Shown in pieces: positions 24,390 through 35,889 of a stretch of 64,000 nt of DNA. Position 1 is the stretch's first letter. Each line of letters opens with the position of its first letter. Under the pieces are notes generated by a model that ran no database searches, was not told the DNA's origin, and was given only the letters and a program-made list of their open reading frames with translations. Position numbers and translations under genes: made by a program. The stretch comes from Octopus sinensis (Eukaryota), in NCBI RefSeq assembly GCF_006345805.1, contig NC_043002.1, forward strand, positions 89,776,001 through 89,840,000. Reading direction: 5' to 3'.

Positions 24390-24882
24390 TTTTTTTGTTT
24401 GTTCCTTCTCGAGCCATGCCTGGCTCATAAGGGCCGGTTTCCTGGTTTCCTTGGCGTATAGGTTCCCCACTTGGATGGGACGCTGGTCCGTCGCAGGTGA
24501 GCTGCAAGATGCAGGAGGAAAGAGTGAGAGAAAGTTGTGGCAAAGGAATCAGCAGAAGTTGGCCATTACCTTCTGCCAGAGCCGTGTGGAGCTTAGGTGT
24601 TTCGCTCATAAACACACACATCGCCCAGTCTGAGATTCGAACCCATGATTCCTCGACTGCGAGTCCACTGCTCTAACCACTAGGCCATGTGTCTCCACTA
24701 CAGGGATAACTGGCTTGTGGTGGACTAGAGTTCACAGTAACATCACTTTTTGATCCTTCAATGTTGGCTCTTCCTATCATTGTGAAGCAAAACTTGCAAA
24801 TCATTACATTGTTCAACCACTAACAGGGAACATGAGCTGAGTTTAGACTGTCACGCGACAGGTTAGTTTTATCTCACTGATG
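24199..24882 (+). pseudogene. Decayed 28S rRNA fragment (domain V / peptidyl-transferase region), split by a SINE
   Basis: Matches conserved LSU text GTAACGCAGGTGTCC...CTTGATCTTGATTTTCAGTAC...GAGGTGTCAGAAAAGTTACCACAGGGATAACTGGCTTGTGG...TTTTTGATCCTTC-ATGT-GGCTCTTCCTATCATTGTGAAGCA...GACAGGTTAGTTTTA..CTGATG, with many CpG-to-TpG/CpA changes. Confidence 0.92.
24390..24699 (-). mobile_element. tRNA-derived SINE (family C head) with 13-bp TSD inside the 28S fragment
   Basis: Reverse complement GTGGAGACACATGGCCTAGTGGTTAGAGCAG...GGTTCGAATCTC, with an A-rich 3' end. ACAGGGATAACTG is duplicated at 24377-24389 and 24700-24712. Confidence 0.9.
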
Positions 24883-25445
24883 CATCATATATAGGCAGCA
24901 TCCTGATGAGGCCGATGCAATCAACTATATCATACTTTTAAAAACATACAGCTTTGTGTGCTTATACTAGGAATCAGTTTATTGTGTTTTCTTTATTACA
25001 ATGTTCAGCACACCATGGTACGCTGTTATTCTCTGACTTGATGTTAAATTGAAACTTTTCTTCCCCCTCTTGTTGTAGCCACTTTAGTTATTGTTAGCAT
25101 TGGTGTTTATTATTGAGAAAATGTCTCTGATGTTGGTGGTGGAAGAGGAAACGATTGTGGTAGTGTTGGTTCAGACAGTTCACAGAACAACAGATAGGTG
25201 CAACACAGAGATGTAGAAAATTTGAACTACAGTTGTATTTATGTGCGTTTACACTGGGTGTACATGTGTCTGTGTGTGTGCATGATATGTCTATATAACT
25301 GTCTAGGATGGGAGTGTATTAGTTGGAATAGTTCCAATACTTTTATATTTCAAGTAAATGTTAGTTTATGTCTCAAAGACACAATTTATTTTAATATTTA
25401 ATTGTTTGAAATATTCCTTTCATAAGATCTTGGCTCATCATTCTG

Positions 25446-25683
25446 GCAATGCATTGAGCTGCTACCCAGTATTGTAATACCTCTGAACTGGTACCTAGCA
25501 ATGCAATACTGTTGTATCACTGTCTTGTGATATAATACCACTGAGCTAGTGCTTAGTAATATAATACTATAGAGATGGTGTCTGGGAATGTAATTTTACT
25601 GAGCTGGGGTCCAGGTAAGTAGCACCACTGGGCTGAGGTCTAGGTTTGTAGTATCACCAAGCTGGTGTCTAATAATGTAGCAC
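25446..25683. repeat. Degenerate 29-bp minisatellite, 8 units, no indels
   Basis: Units start at 25446, 25475, 25504, 25533, 25562, 25591, 25620 and 25649. Consensus about TAATACCACTGAGCTGGTGTCTAGGAATG. Confidence 0.85.
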
Positions 25684-25689
25684 ATTTGC

Positions 25690-26010
25690 CCTGGTATGGC
25701 TTAATGGTTAGAGCATTGAGCTCACAATCATGAGATAGTGAGTTCAATTTGCAGACTGTGTTGTGTTCTTGAGCAAGACACTTTATTTCACGTTGCTCCA
25801 TTTCACTCAGCTGTAGAAATAAGTTGCGACATCACTGGTGCCAAGCTGTATTGGCTTTTGTCTTTCCCTTGGATAACATCGGTACCACGGAGAAGAGAGG
25901 CTGGTATGCATGGGTGACTGCTGGTCTTCCATAAACAACCTTGCTCCGACTTGTGCCTTGGAGGGTAACTTTCTAGGTGCAATTCCATGGTCATTCATGA
26001 CTGAAGGGGT
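25690..26010 (+). mobile_element. tRNA-derived SINE family D
   Basis: TGGCTTAATGGTTAGAGCATTG...GAGTTCAATT...CTTGAGCAAGACACTTTATTTCACGTTGCTCC...GGTCATTCATGACTGAAGGGG; tail fragment repeated at about 27030-27080. Confidence 0.75.
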
Positions 26011-26495
26011 GTCTTTACCCTCATACTATGGAGATGGCATACAGCAATGTAATATTTCTTGGGTGGTGCCTAACTATGACATACCATTGAGATTGTGTGT
26101 AGCAATACAATAAGTCATCTAATGAGTTCACTAAAGCTACTACATTTAAGATGAAGATTTACATAGATGTAAAAGCAGTGAAGGGTCAGAAATTGTATAC
26201 CCTGCAACGTTTAGTTACATCTCTGCATGTTCCAATTTGGACGCCTTCTCTGTGTCCATTAAGTCTTTCATAGGTCCAGAAATCAATGAAATATGTAGTA
26301 AAGTGCTGAGTCTATTTAATTGATTGATGTGCTTTTCAAAGCTTTTCAAGGTCATTATATATAATCACCAGATCAACAGATATATATATATATATATATA
26401 TAATTTCAACAATTGGGGCAAATTAATTAATAATTAATCAATTTCACCAGTGTTCAGTATGCAAGGGACCATTCAAGGCGAATTCAAATTATTAC

Positions 26496-26928
26496 ATTAT
26501 ATAAAAGGCTTAGTAAATAAATTACTTTGCCGCATACTGAACTCATAGAAATAGCAGCTAAAAAACTTTTTTTAAGGCTATTTCTAATACTTAAGAAAAT
26601 CTCTCTCATATATAGTGTTTGCATAATTTAACTCACAAAAGTTTGGGGGTAATGACATCGAAAAATCAATGCTAAGGTTATTCGAGAACGTACGTTTCAA
26701 GATTAGTCAAAACACATTTCTATCATCGGCTCGGAAATTCCTTGGTTTGGATTTGAAACACTGAAAATAAGACATACCCTCTCAAATCTGCTCCCAACTA
26801 ACAGTGTCAACAAATTCAAAATAGATTTTCTTTAAGTATTAGAAAGCCTTAAAAAAGTTTTTTAGCTGCTATTTCTAATGAGTTCATTACGGCAAAGTAA
26901 TTTATTTTACTAAGCCCTTTTATATAAT
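26496..26928. repeat. Foldback: ~110-bp inverted arms around a ~215-bp spacer
   Basis: TATATAAAAGGCTTAGTAAA...AAGAAAATCT (to about 26606) versus AGATTTTCTT...TTTACTAAGCCCTTTTATATA (from about 26823). Confidence 0.8.
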
Positions 26929-27266
26929 ATATATACTATATATACTATATATATATATAATATATATATTATATATATATATATATATTATATATATATA
27001 TAATATATATATAGCTATATATATAGGAGGGTAACTTTCTATGTGCAATTCAGTGGTCATTCATGACTGAAGGGGTGTCTTATCGTTAGCCACTACACAC
27101 ATTTTTCTTCCTTGTTTTTTTTCTGTGTCCCTTTCTGTAGAAGAGCATAGGCTCGAAACGTAAAGACTTTTTCTATTCCTGAGCGTTATACTAATACATG
27201 TTTGTTTTGTACACCACCTGTCTTTGTCTTTTGTTTTTTCGTAAACTCTCCCTATATATATATATG

Positions 27267-27312
<46 letters not shown>

Positions 27313-27636
27313 AAAGTTAATCCAAACGAGAAAACACCGAAAAAAACACAAAAAAAACACAGCAACGCGAGGACGTGGAACAATTAAAGTATTATTTGAC
27401 GCTCAGGAAAGAAGGGAAGGAGGGTTTAACGTTTCGAGCGGAGCTCTTCGTCGGAAACAAAGGAGAAGGAAAGATCCCGAGAAGGGAAGACAGAGGAAAA
27501 AAAATTTTTTTGCTGGTGGTGCTCAAGAGATCACATGTTGAAATATATATATATATATATATATACCGGAGTAAACACATAAATGTGAAACAAGGTGGAA
27601 AAAAGAGTACTCAAATACCAGTGGTAGAGTAATATG

Positions 27637-27748
27637 CTTTATTTAAAGCAGCAGAAAATTCAACAAAACCTGTTACTCTGAGTTTTTCGTTGCAACAGAA
27701 AACTCAGAGTAACAGGTTTTGTTGAATTTTCTGCTGCTTTAAATAAAG
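27637..27748. repeat. 112-bp near-perfect palindrome
   Basis: Centre GTTG|CAAC at 27692/27693; only a 2-nt TC/CT discrepancy near the centre. Confidence 0.92.
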
Positions 27749-27885
27749 TATATAAATAAAGTATATAAATAGTGGTTTTATCTTTAATTTAATATAATAT
27801 AATATAATATATTTATACTATAAAATTGGATTTAATCCTAAATCTGATTTTTCCCTGTAAGTTTGGATTTATTTCCTAATATTTT

Positions 27886-27921
<36 letters not shown>

Positions 27922-27924
<3 letters not shown>

Positions 27925-28437
27925 AAATCAAAATCAAATCAAATCAAACCAAATAAAAATAGACGAACATCAATGGAATTTGTATCCTTGTGGGTGGCAC
28001 ATAAGAAAACCATCCGAACGTGACCGTAGCCAGTACCACATCGACTGGCCGCCATGCTGTGGGCACGTAACAAACAACATCCGAGCGTGGCCGTTCGCCA
28101 GCCTCGTCTGGCACCTGTGTCGGTGGCACATAAGAAAACACCATCCGAGCGTAGCTGTCTGCCAGACTCGTCTGGCACCTGTGTCGGTGGCACATAAAAA
28201 CACCATCTGAGCGTGGCTGTCTGCCAGCCTCGTCTGGCACCTGTGTCGGTGGCACATAAAATCACCGACTACACTCTCGGAGTGGTTGGCGTTAGGAAGG
28301 GCATCCAGCTGTAGAAACACTGCCAGATCTGACTGGCCTGGTGCAGCCTTCGAGCTTGCCAGACCCCAGTTGAACCGTCCGACCTATGCTAGCATGGAAA
28401 GCGGACGTTAAACGATGATGATGATGATGATGATGAT
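27922..28437 (+). mobile_element. Young RTE 3' UTR copy with internal ~62-bp tandem repeats
   Basis: Repeats of GGCACCTGTGTCGGTGGCACATAA..AACACCATCCGAGCGTGGC.GTC.GCCAGCCTCGTCT, then GGAAGGGCATCCAGCTG and a (GAT)n tail; CpGs intact. Confidence 0.85.
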
Positions 28438-28494
28438 ATATACTATGCCATATTTTTGTAGTTACCAACTAAATATACATTGTATCCTTATGTA

Positions 28495-28827
28495 CGTGTT
28501 TGATCAATAAGTATCCAGACTGTTGCTATAGTAACAAAGTTAAAGCATGCAGAGTGAAGCTTCCTGGCACAGATTGACCTTGAACTCTGCTGTGCACGTG
28601 CACTAAGTTTTAATGTTCTAGCTCACTTCTGCTGTTTACAGTGATGATCACACGCTACACACTTTCCTTCCAAGCACTGATGTAAACAGTGGAAGTGAGC
28701 TGGAATGTTAAAACTTAGCGCACATGCATAGAAGAGGTCAAGGTCAGTCTGTGCCAAGTAGCTCTACTCTGTGTGCATTAGCTTCGTTACTATGGCAACA
28801 GTCCGGATACTTATTGATCATACCTCA
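28495..28827. mobile_element. Mariner-like foldback MITE with ~145-bp inverted arms
   Basis: TGATCAATAAGTATCCAGACTGTTGCTATAGTAAC... versus ...GTTACTATGGCAACAGTCCGGATACTTATTGATCATACCTC. The termini resemble mariner TACGAGG...TGATCAA TIRs. Confidence 0.7.
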
Positions 28828-29158
28828 ATTAGTTAGCAATCAAATATTCACTATGTTCTTGTGTGTGTGCATGTGTGTGTGTGTGTAGTTTACCAGTAAA
28901 TATACATTTTTCAATTATATTCTTTTATTCTTTTACTTGTTTCAATTATTTCACTGTGGCTATGCCGGAGCACCACCTTGAAGGGATTTTAGTCAAACAA
29001 ATCGGCCCCAGGGCTTATTTTTTTAAAGCCTAGTACTTATTCTATCGGTCTTTTTTGCCAAACTGCTAAGTTACACGGACGTAAACACACCAGTATAAGT
29101 TGTCAAGTGATGGTGTGGGGGACAAACACTGACACAAAGACACACACACACACACACA

Positions 29159-29198
<40 letters not shown>

Positions 29199-31090
29199 CT
29201 TCTTTCAGTTTTCGTCCAACAAGTCCACTCACAAGGCTTTGGTTGGCCCAAGGCTATATGAGGACATTTGCTCAAGGTGCCACACAGTGGGACTGAACCT
29301 GGAACCATGTGGTTGGGAAACAAGCTTCTTACCACACAGCAGCACCTACATCTATATGTTATGTATGGAAACTTACAAAAAAATGTAACTGTTAGCCAAA
29401 ATTAGTAAATACTATGAGAGGTTACCCAAGTAGACTACTTCTTTCAGTTACGAAAGTAATCTGCCATGTCATAAATTCTATTAATTTCAGGCCCTGTGGT
29501 AAGCTCATAGTTAAAGAGCTGAAATAAGTTCCCATGTAGTGTGATCTATTTAATTCAGGCACAGTAACAGGCTCTCTTATGTTACTTTGTATTTTGTTCA
29601 GGTGTTGAAGTCAGCACCCATGTGATACAACCTATTTAGTGCAGGCCCTGTAAAAGGATCTTATGCGGTACCAACCATATTTGAATGTTGTTTTACCAAA
29701 TATAGTCTCATAGATGCTGTATGCTGTAAGTTTGCTAAAATGTTTTCTCTTGCTCTTTTATTTCCTCCAAGAAAGACTTGAATGTCAGAGGTTACTCCTT
29801 CAAATGTGGTGAAGCTTTAAATATTCGTGAGTGATTAAAAACAAGAAAGATTACTTCGTTTTTGGATTTGGTTTGCAAGATTCTTTATATGAGTTCGTGT
29901 GTTGAAGCATATTCTGTTGTGTTTGGGAAGTCAAGACTATTGAAAAGGTTGCAACACACAACAAAAATTTTAGAAAATAAAAATAAGAAATAAGTGGAAA
30001 TTTTACCGGTGAGTGTGTTAAATTATAAGGCCCTAAAAGAGAATGAACACAATAAGAAAGATTACTATTTCATAGAAAGTTTCAGATTAAATTAAGTAAG
30101 TTGGGATGTGAAAGAGAGATAGGAGGGATAAAGATCAAAGGAGATATAGCAGGAGATAAGGTATAGACCAGAGGATAGACAGGTGGGGAAAAAGTATGAA
30201 CCAAAAGATAGATTGGGTGGGGGGATAACTTATGGCCCAGAGAAGAGATAGAGATGGATAAGGATGAGAGATTTAGTAAAATGGGATTTTCAAGTTTGAC
30301 CCCTATCTCATTCCACCTTGTTTTATTCATAGTTTTTGTTTTATAGTAGCAAGAGTTTTTCATACAGATACAAGATCACACACTATTGGTTGCACCACTG
30401 TTACCTGAAGAAGGTATCTGCTGATAGTGATTGTCAGCATTTTATCTTTTGTCTTTCACCTGTCTCAGTCATTGGACTACGGCCATGCTGGGGCACTACC
30501 TTGAAGAATTTTTAGTTGAATGAATCAATTCTAGTACTTTTTCTTTTAAGTATAGGCGTAGGAGTGGCTGTGTGGTAAGTAGCTTGCTTACCAACCACAT
30601 GGTTCTGGGTTCAGTCCCACTGCGGGGCACCTTGGGCAAGTGTCTTCTACTATAGCCTTGGGCCGACCAAAGCCTTGTGAGTGGATTTGGTAGACGGAAA
30701 CTGAAAGAAGCCCGTTGTATATATGTATGTATGTATGTGTGTGTATATGTTTGTGTGTCTGTGTTTGCCCCCCCCCCCAACATCGCTTGACAACCGATGC
30801 TGGTGTGTTTACATCCCCGTAACTTAGCAGTTTGGCAAAAATAGATCGATAGAATAAGTACTAGGCTTACAAAGAATAAGTCCTGAGGCTGATTTGCTTA
30901 ACTAAAGGCGGTGCTCCAGCATGGCCACAGTCAACTGACTGAAGCAAGTAAAAGAGTAAAAGAGAGAGAAAGAGTATAGTACTTATTCTATCAATTTCTT
31001 TTGCTGAACTGCTATGTTACAGGGACATAAACACACCAACACTGATTGTCAAGCATAGGTGGGGGAAAAACACAGACACAAAGACCCACA

Positions 31091-31963
31091 CAGTGGCGGA
31101 TTGGGTCTAAAAATTTTTGTTGCCAGGCGACTCAGCGGGGCCACCTGCAACTTCAATGCTATCATTTAATTTTTATAATGAATAAATAAAATTTTCAAAA
31201 CATATACATAAGTGGAAACAAAAAGGTGCAACTCAAATTTTTGTGAAAAAAAATTGTATATTTTCCATTAATTACAATGTACATGTACTGGCAGTTTACA
31301 GTAGTAATACCAATTGTAAATTCAGAATGAATTTTTAAATAAATGCTTTGGTGAATATATAATACACTGTTATTTTGAAAATTTTAAACCAAACTGAAAA
31401 TAAAGACCAATAAATATATAAATCAATTTCATTATTTTTAATGAAGACTTTTTACTGTCAAAGAGATTGCTATGTTTTCTTATGAAAATCATGGTATTGT
31501 AGCCAATATCACATCTTCATACTTATACATCATTTGTTTGTTTGTTTACTCTTTACAAAAGAGATTTCTTTTAAACAACCTGTTCATATTTTGTTTTTAA
31601 TTAAATGTACATATGCCAAGAATTCTATCACCACCACTTTGATTGCTTCTGCAATAAAATATAAATTTACATGATTTTGATTTCTTCTAGTTTTAATATT
31701 TTATTTCCTTCTATTATTCTTTTTTTCCTTGCTCTTGCTACTACTTTTTTTTTTATAAAACCCTTATAACATTTTCAAAATAGCTGTATATTATACTCTT
31801 TACTCTTTTACTTGTTTCAGTCATTTGACTGCGGCCATGCTGGAGCACTGCCTTTAGTCGAGCAAATTGACCCCGGGACTTATTCTTTGTAAGCCCAGTA
31901 CTTATTCTATCGGTCTCTTTTGCTGAACCGCTAAGTAACGGGGACAAACACAGACACACAAAC

Positions 31964-31994
<31 letters not shown>

Positions 31995-32866
31995 CATATA
32001 TACGACAGGCTTCTTTCAGTTTCCGTCTACCAAATCCACTCACAAGGCATTGGTTGGCCCGAAGCTATAGCAGAAGACACTTGCCCAAGATGCCACGCAG
32101 TGAGACTGAACCCGGAACCATGTGGTTGGTTAGCAAGCTACTTACCACACAGCCACTCCTGCGCTTATGTACCAAGTTTTTAAAGTTTTAAGTAATTGGT
32201 AGATATTTTTAAATTGCTTACTTATACTGCACACTTTACACATTAACAGATAGTTCAAATGTACAAAACTTGTATTGCATGCAGTCCACTATATTAAGAG
32301 CACTTATTTGTATTCACTAGATGATTGTGCAAATCTGTCAATAATTGCTTCTGTATCCAATTCATCTAACAATTTGTTTTCATTGGATAGCAACAATGTA
32401 TACTTCCAAGTTCTCCTCAGACAGTGAACTTCTTAATCTTGTCTTCATGATCTTTAGCTTTGAAAATGTCCTCTCACATTGGACTTGGGTAACTGATAGT
32501 GTGCAGATGACTTTATAAAGGTCATGGAGGTTATCATATGCCTTGTCATGAAGTCTGTTGGATGCCAGGATTTTTAGTATACGCGATGGGCACAAGTGCT
32601 GCAAATTTTACAGTTGTTGTAACTGAAACCCATATTCTCACCATCATTAACTAATAGCTTTAATACATCAAAGGTTGAAGCAAAAGAAGACAATTCCAAA
32701 CTTACCTGGTCTTTGCTGATTTGTGGAAACAACTTAATAATACCTTCCAATGTTTCAACTTCAAGGCCCTTCTCTGCAAATGTTTTAAACTTAGCTGGGT
32801 TCAAGCAGGATACATCTTTATACAACTGTACAAATTTTGATTCTACTGACTTGACAATGAGACCCA
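31091..32866 (-). mobile_element. hAT DNA transposon remnant (C-terminal transposase and 3' end), with SINE B inserted
   Basis: ORFs 32574-32867 and 32380-32604 (frameshifted) give ...LYKVICTLSVTQVQCERTFSKLKIMKTRLRSSLSEENLE, a hAT C-terminal dimerisation motif. CAGTGGCGGATT at 31091 looks like a TIR; the other end is not seen. Confidence 0.8.
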
Positions 32867-33013
32867 TCTATCCATCCATCCATCCATCCATACATACATA
32901 CATACATATGTCAATTATAATCTGCTTCTGGTTTTATTGCTTGTTGTGTGGAGGCTAATAACTGCTAGGTTCAACCCAATGCCAGCCAAAGTCCCCTAGG
33001 ATGTTTGTATGTG

Positions 33014-33048
<35 letters not shown>

Positions 33049-34138
33049 GATGTGTTATGATACTATTCCACATATACAATATATATATATATATTTAAAT
33101 AGGTGAATGAATTATCCTATGTTTATCGTCAGCATGGAAAATTCGTTGAACCGAAACCAGGGTAGCAAATTCACGTCAGAAACACGGTTGAAGCGACCTG
33201 TCCAAGGGTAGAAACTCCAGGTTCATGTGCAGAAATTTGTGTGTTGTATATGAATAAATGAAAGAATGGAGTCAAACGAGGATGTTAACAAAATTCCTTT
33301 ACTCTCGACATATGTTTTGAAGACAACATGGTTTCATTCCAAAGGAATAAAGGGTGCATTATGGACTCTTCTCATCAGGAAAGAAAGGGAGCCTCTCTCG
33401 ACAACAAGACAAACAAAAATTTCGATGACTGCTTACATGGTAAACAAAACGATATATATATATATATGTATCCATATACATGTAGGTGTGTGTGTGTATA
33501 TGTGTATATAGGCATTAATATGTATATGAATTTAGTTACACTTTATCACCACTGACTAGCTGTCTGCTGTATCATATATTTTGGTTTCTAATAATTCCCA
33601 AGGGAATTCTTTGACCAACTGCTTTGCTTAATTGTTTTATTTGTCTTCTTAAAATTCTTATTCTTTCTCTAAGATTTCAAATATTTTCTTTGAAAGCAAA
33701 ATTTTTTTTCATGGGCCCCTTACATACTAACATGCCCCTCAACCCATATATGGAATCTAATGTGTAAGGGGACCCACTTACCATTGGGCAAGCTGACAAC
33801 CTGGCCAGTCTGCCACTGCACATACGCACACACACACACACACACACACATGCACACACACATGCACACATACATGAATGACAGGACTCTTTCAGTTTCA
33901 GTCTACCAAATCCACTCACAAGGTTTTGGTTGCCTTGAGGCTATAGTACAAGACACTTACCCAAGGTACCATGCAGTAGGACTGAACCCAGAACCATGTA
34001 GATGGAAAGCAAGTTTATTACCACAGAGCCATGCCTGAGCCTATAACATGGAATAGACTATTATACACACATGTACACACACAATCACACGTACCAACTA
34101 TTATCCTGAATTTGACATAATGGACTGCTACGTGTGCG

Positions 34139-34185
<47 letters not shown>

Positions 34186-35413
34186 ACATTGCAGCCTGTA
34201 AATAGAACTAGAGTGTTGATTCAATGGTAAGATGAGCCAAGATAATTTGAGAACTCTGAGTTGAGGTTGACTACCTAGAATTGAACATAACACTGCAAAT
34301 TCATTATCATCATCATTGTTTAACGTCCGCTTTCCATGCTAGCATGGGTTGGACGATTTTGACTGAGGGCTGGCAAACCAGATGGCTGCACCAGGCTCCA
34401 ATCTTGATCTGGCAGAGTTTCTACAGCTGGATGCCCTTCCTAATGCCAACCACTCTGAGAGTGTAGTGGGTGCTTTTTATGTGAAAAGGAGACAGTCTCT
34501 GTATGTCCACTTGACCTGACAGAAACGGCAGCCAAATCTCCCTCAAATTATACCCTAACATTTTAAAAATGTAGTTCTGAATATACAAGAAAATGGGATG
34601 GTTATGGCTGGAATGTCTTTGATTATAGGTCTGTCTGATCAGAGGTGACCTGGAGCTAAACATTACATTTAAATGGACTGAATCATCTTGGGGATTAATG
34701 TCTTGGCCATGTACAACAGCACAGTGCCAATACTGTGATTTAAATGTCTCAATGTCTCAACCTTTCACTCGTCCATTACCTGTCATCTGTTTCCCTTGTA
34801 AGTAATTGTCCCATGTCTTATTATACATGGACATTTGGTCTAGTAATATGCAGATTTTACACAGAAGAGGAAATAAACTTGTATTCTTCTCATAATCTCA
34901 AGAGATTTTATTGACTTAAATACAACAACCTTTGCAATAGAGAGAGCAGGTTATGGAGAAAATAAAAGTCTGAGATTGGTTGAAAAATTCAAGAAAGTGT
35001 CATTGATTAAGTGAATTGGTGCTATTTGCTGTTCATTGTAGTGTTAAAGACATCGATATAATGTTGTCAGTCAAGACTGACTTTTGTGTTATATTTAATG
35101 TTTCAGCAGAAAATATCTCATTCAGTCAATAATTGAAGCTTTAGATTTCCAAATCATTTCCAAACAGAAATTACTAATTTGATTGGCTGCTTAAAAATAT
35201 TGTCTGTGTTACTATTGACAGAAGAGATCGAATCTTAAAGGAAGAAGATATGGTGGTATTTTTGTTTTTTCCGATCACATGGTTGGTTGTTGGCACCTCA
35301 CCACCAACACCACATCATGTCTGTCTCAAAGACAACTTTCGATGACCTTGTTTTATGAGGTTTATCATATTTAGGGCCCTAAGTACTTAAAAGATTTTGG
35401 TGCCTCTCACCTC

Positions 35414-35445
<32 letters not shown>

Positions 35446-35631
35446 AGATTCAAGACTCAAGGTGTAGAAAGATAGCTTTGAGCAGTCCATCAAAGACAAC
35501 CTTCAGGAACAATAGTGGTTTATTGACATAGAAAATTGTAAGATTTTCCAGTATCAAAATTCAATAAGCTGAAGAAATTGTTTTATAGCTTACAGTTAGC
35601 AGCAGGGGTTGCTGTGTATGGGAATAGAAAT

Positions 35632-35889
35632 CCAAAATTAGGGAAAGGAGTAGTTAAAATCCAGGCTACATATGTTTCATAGCTAGCAGAATCTCAGAAG
35701 TAGTAATTATCCAAACAAGGAGTAATCTGCTAGCTACTCATCGAGGCAAACATTCTTTTGCTTAAGTTATCTTTGGCCTGATGAGTAGCTAGTGGATCAC
35801 CCACGTTTGGATAATTACTTCTTCTGAAGTTCTTCTAGCTATGAGACATATGTAGCATGGATTTTATCTACTCCATTTCCTAATTTTGG
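35632..35889. repeat. Imperfect ~260-bp hairpin
   Basis: CCAAAATTAGGGAAAGGAGTAGTTAAAATCCAGGCTACATATGTTTCATAGC... versus ...GCTATGAGACATATGTAGCATGGATTTTATCTACTCCATTTCCTAATTTTGG. Confidence 0.85.

Noticed and set aside
24199-24882. Functional rRNA gene
   Set aside because: Short, isolated, CpG-decayed and interrupted by a SINE.
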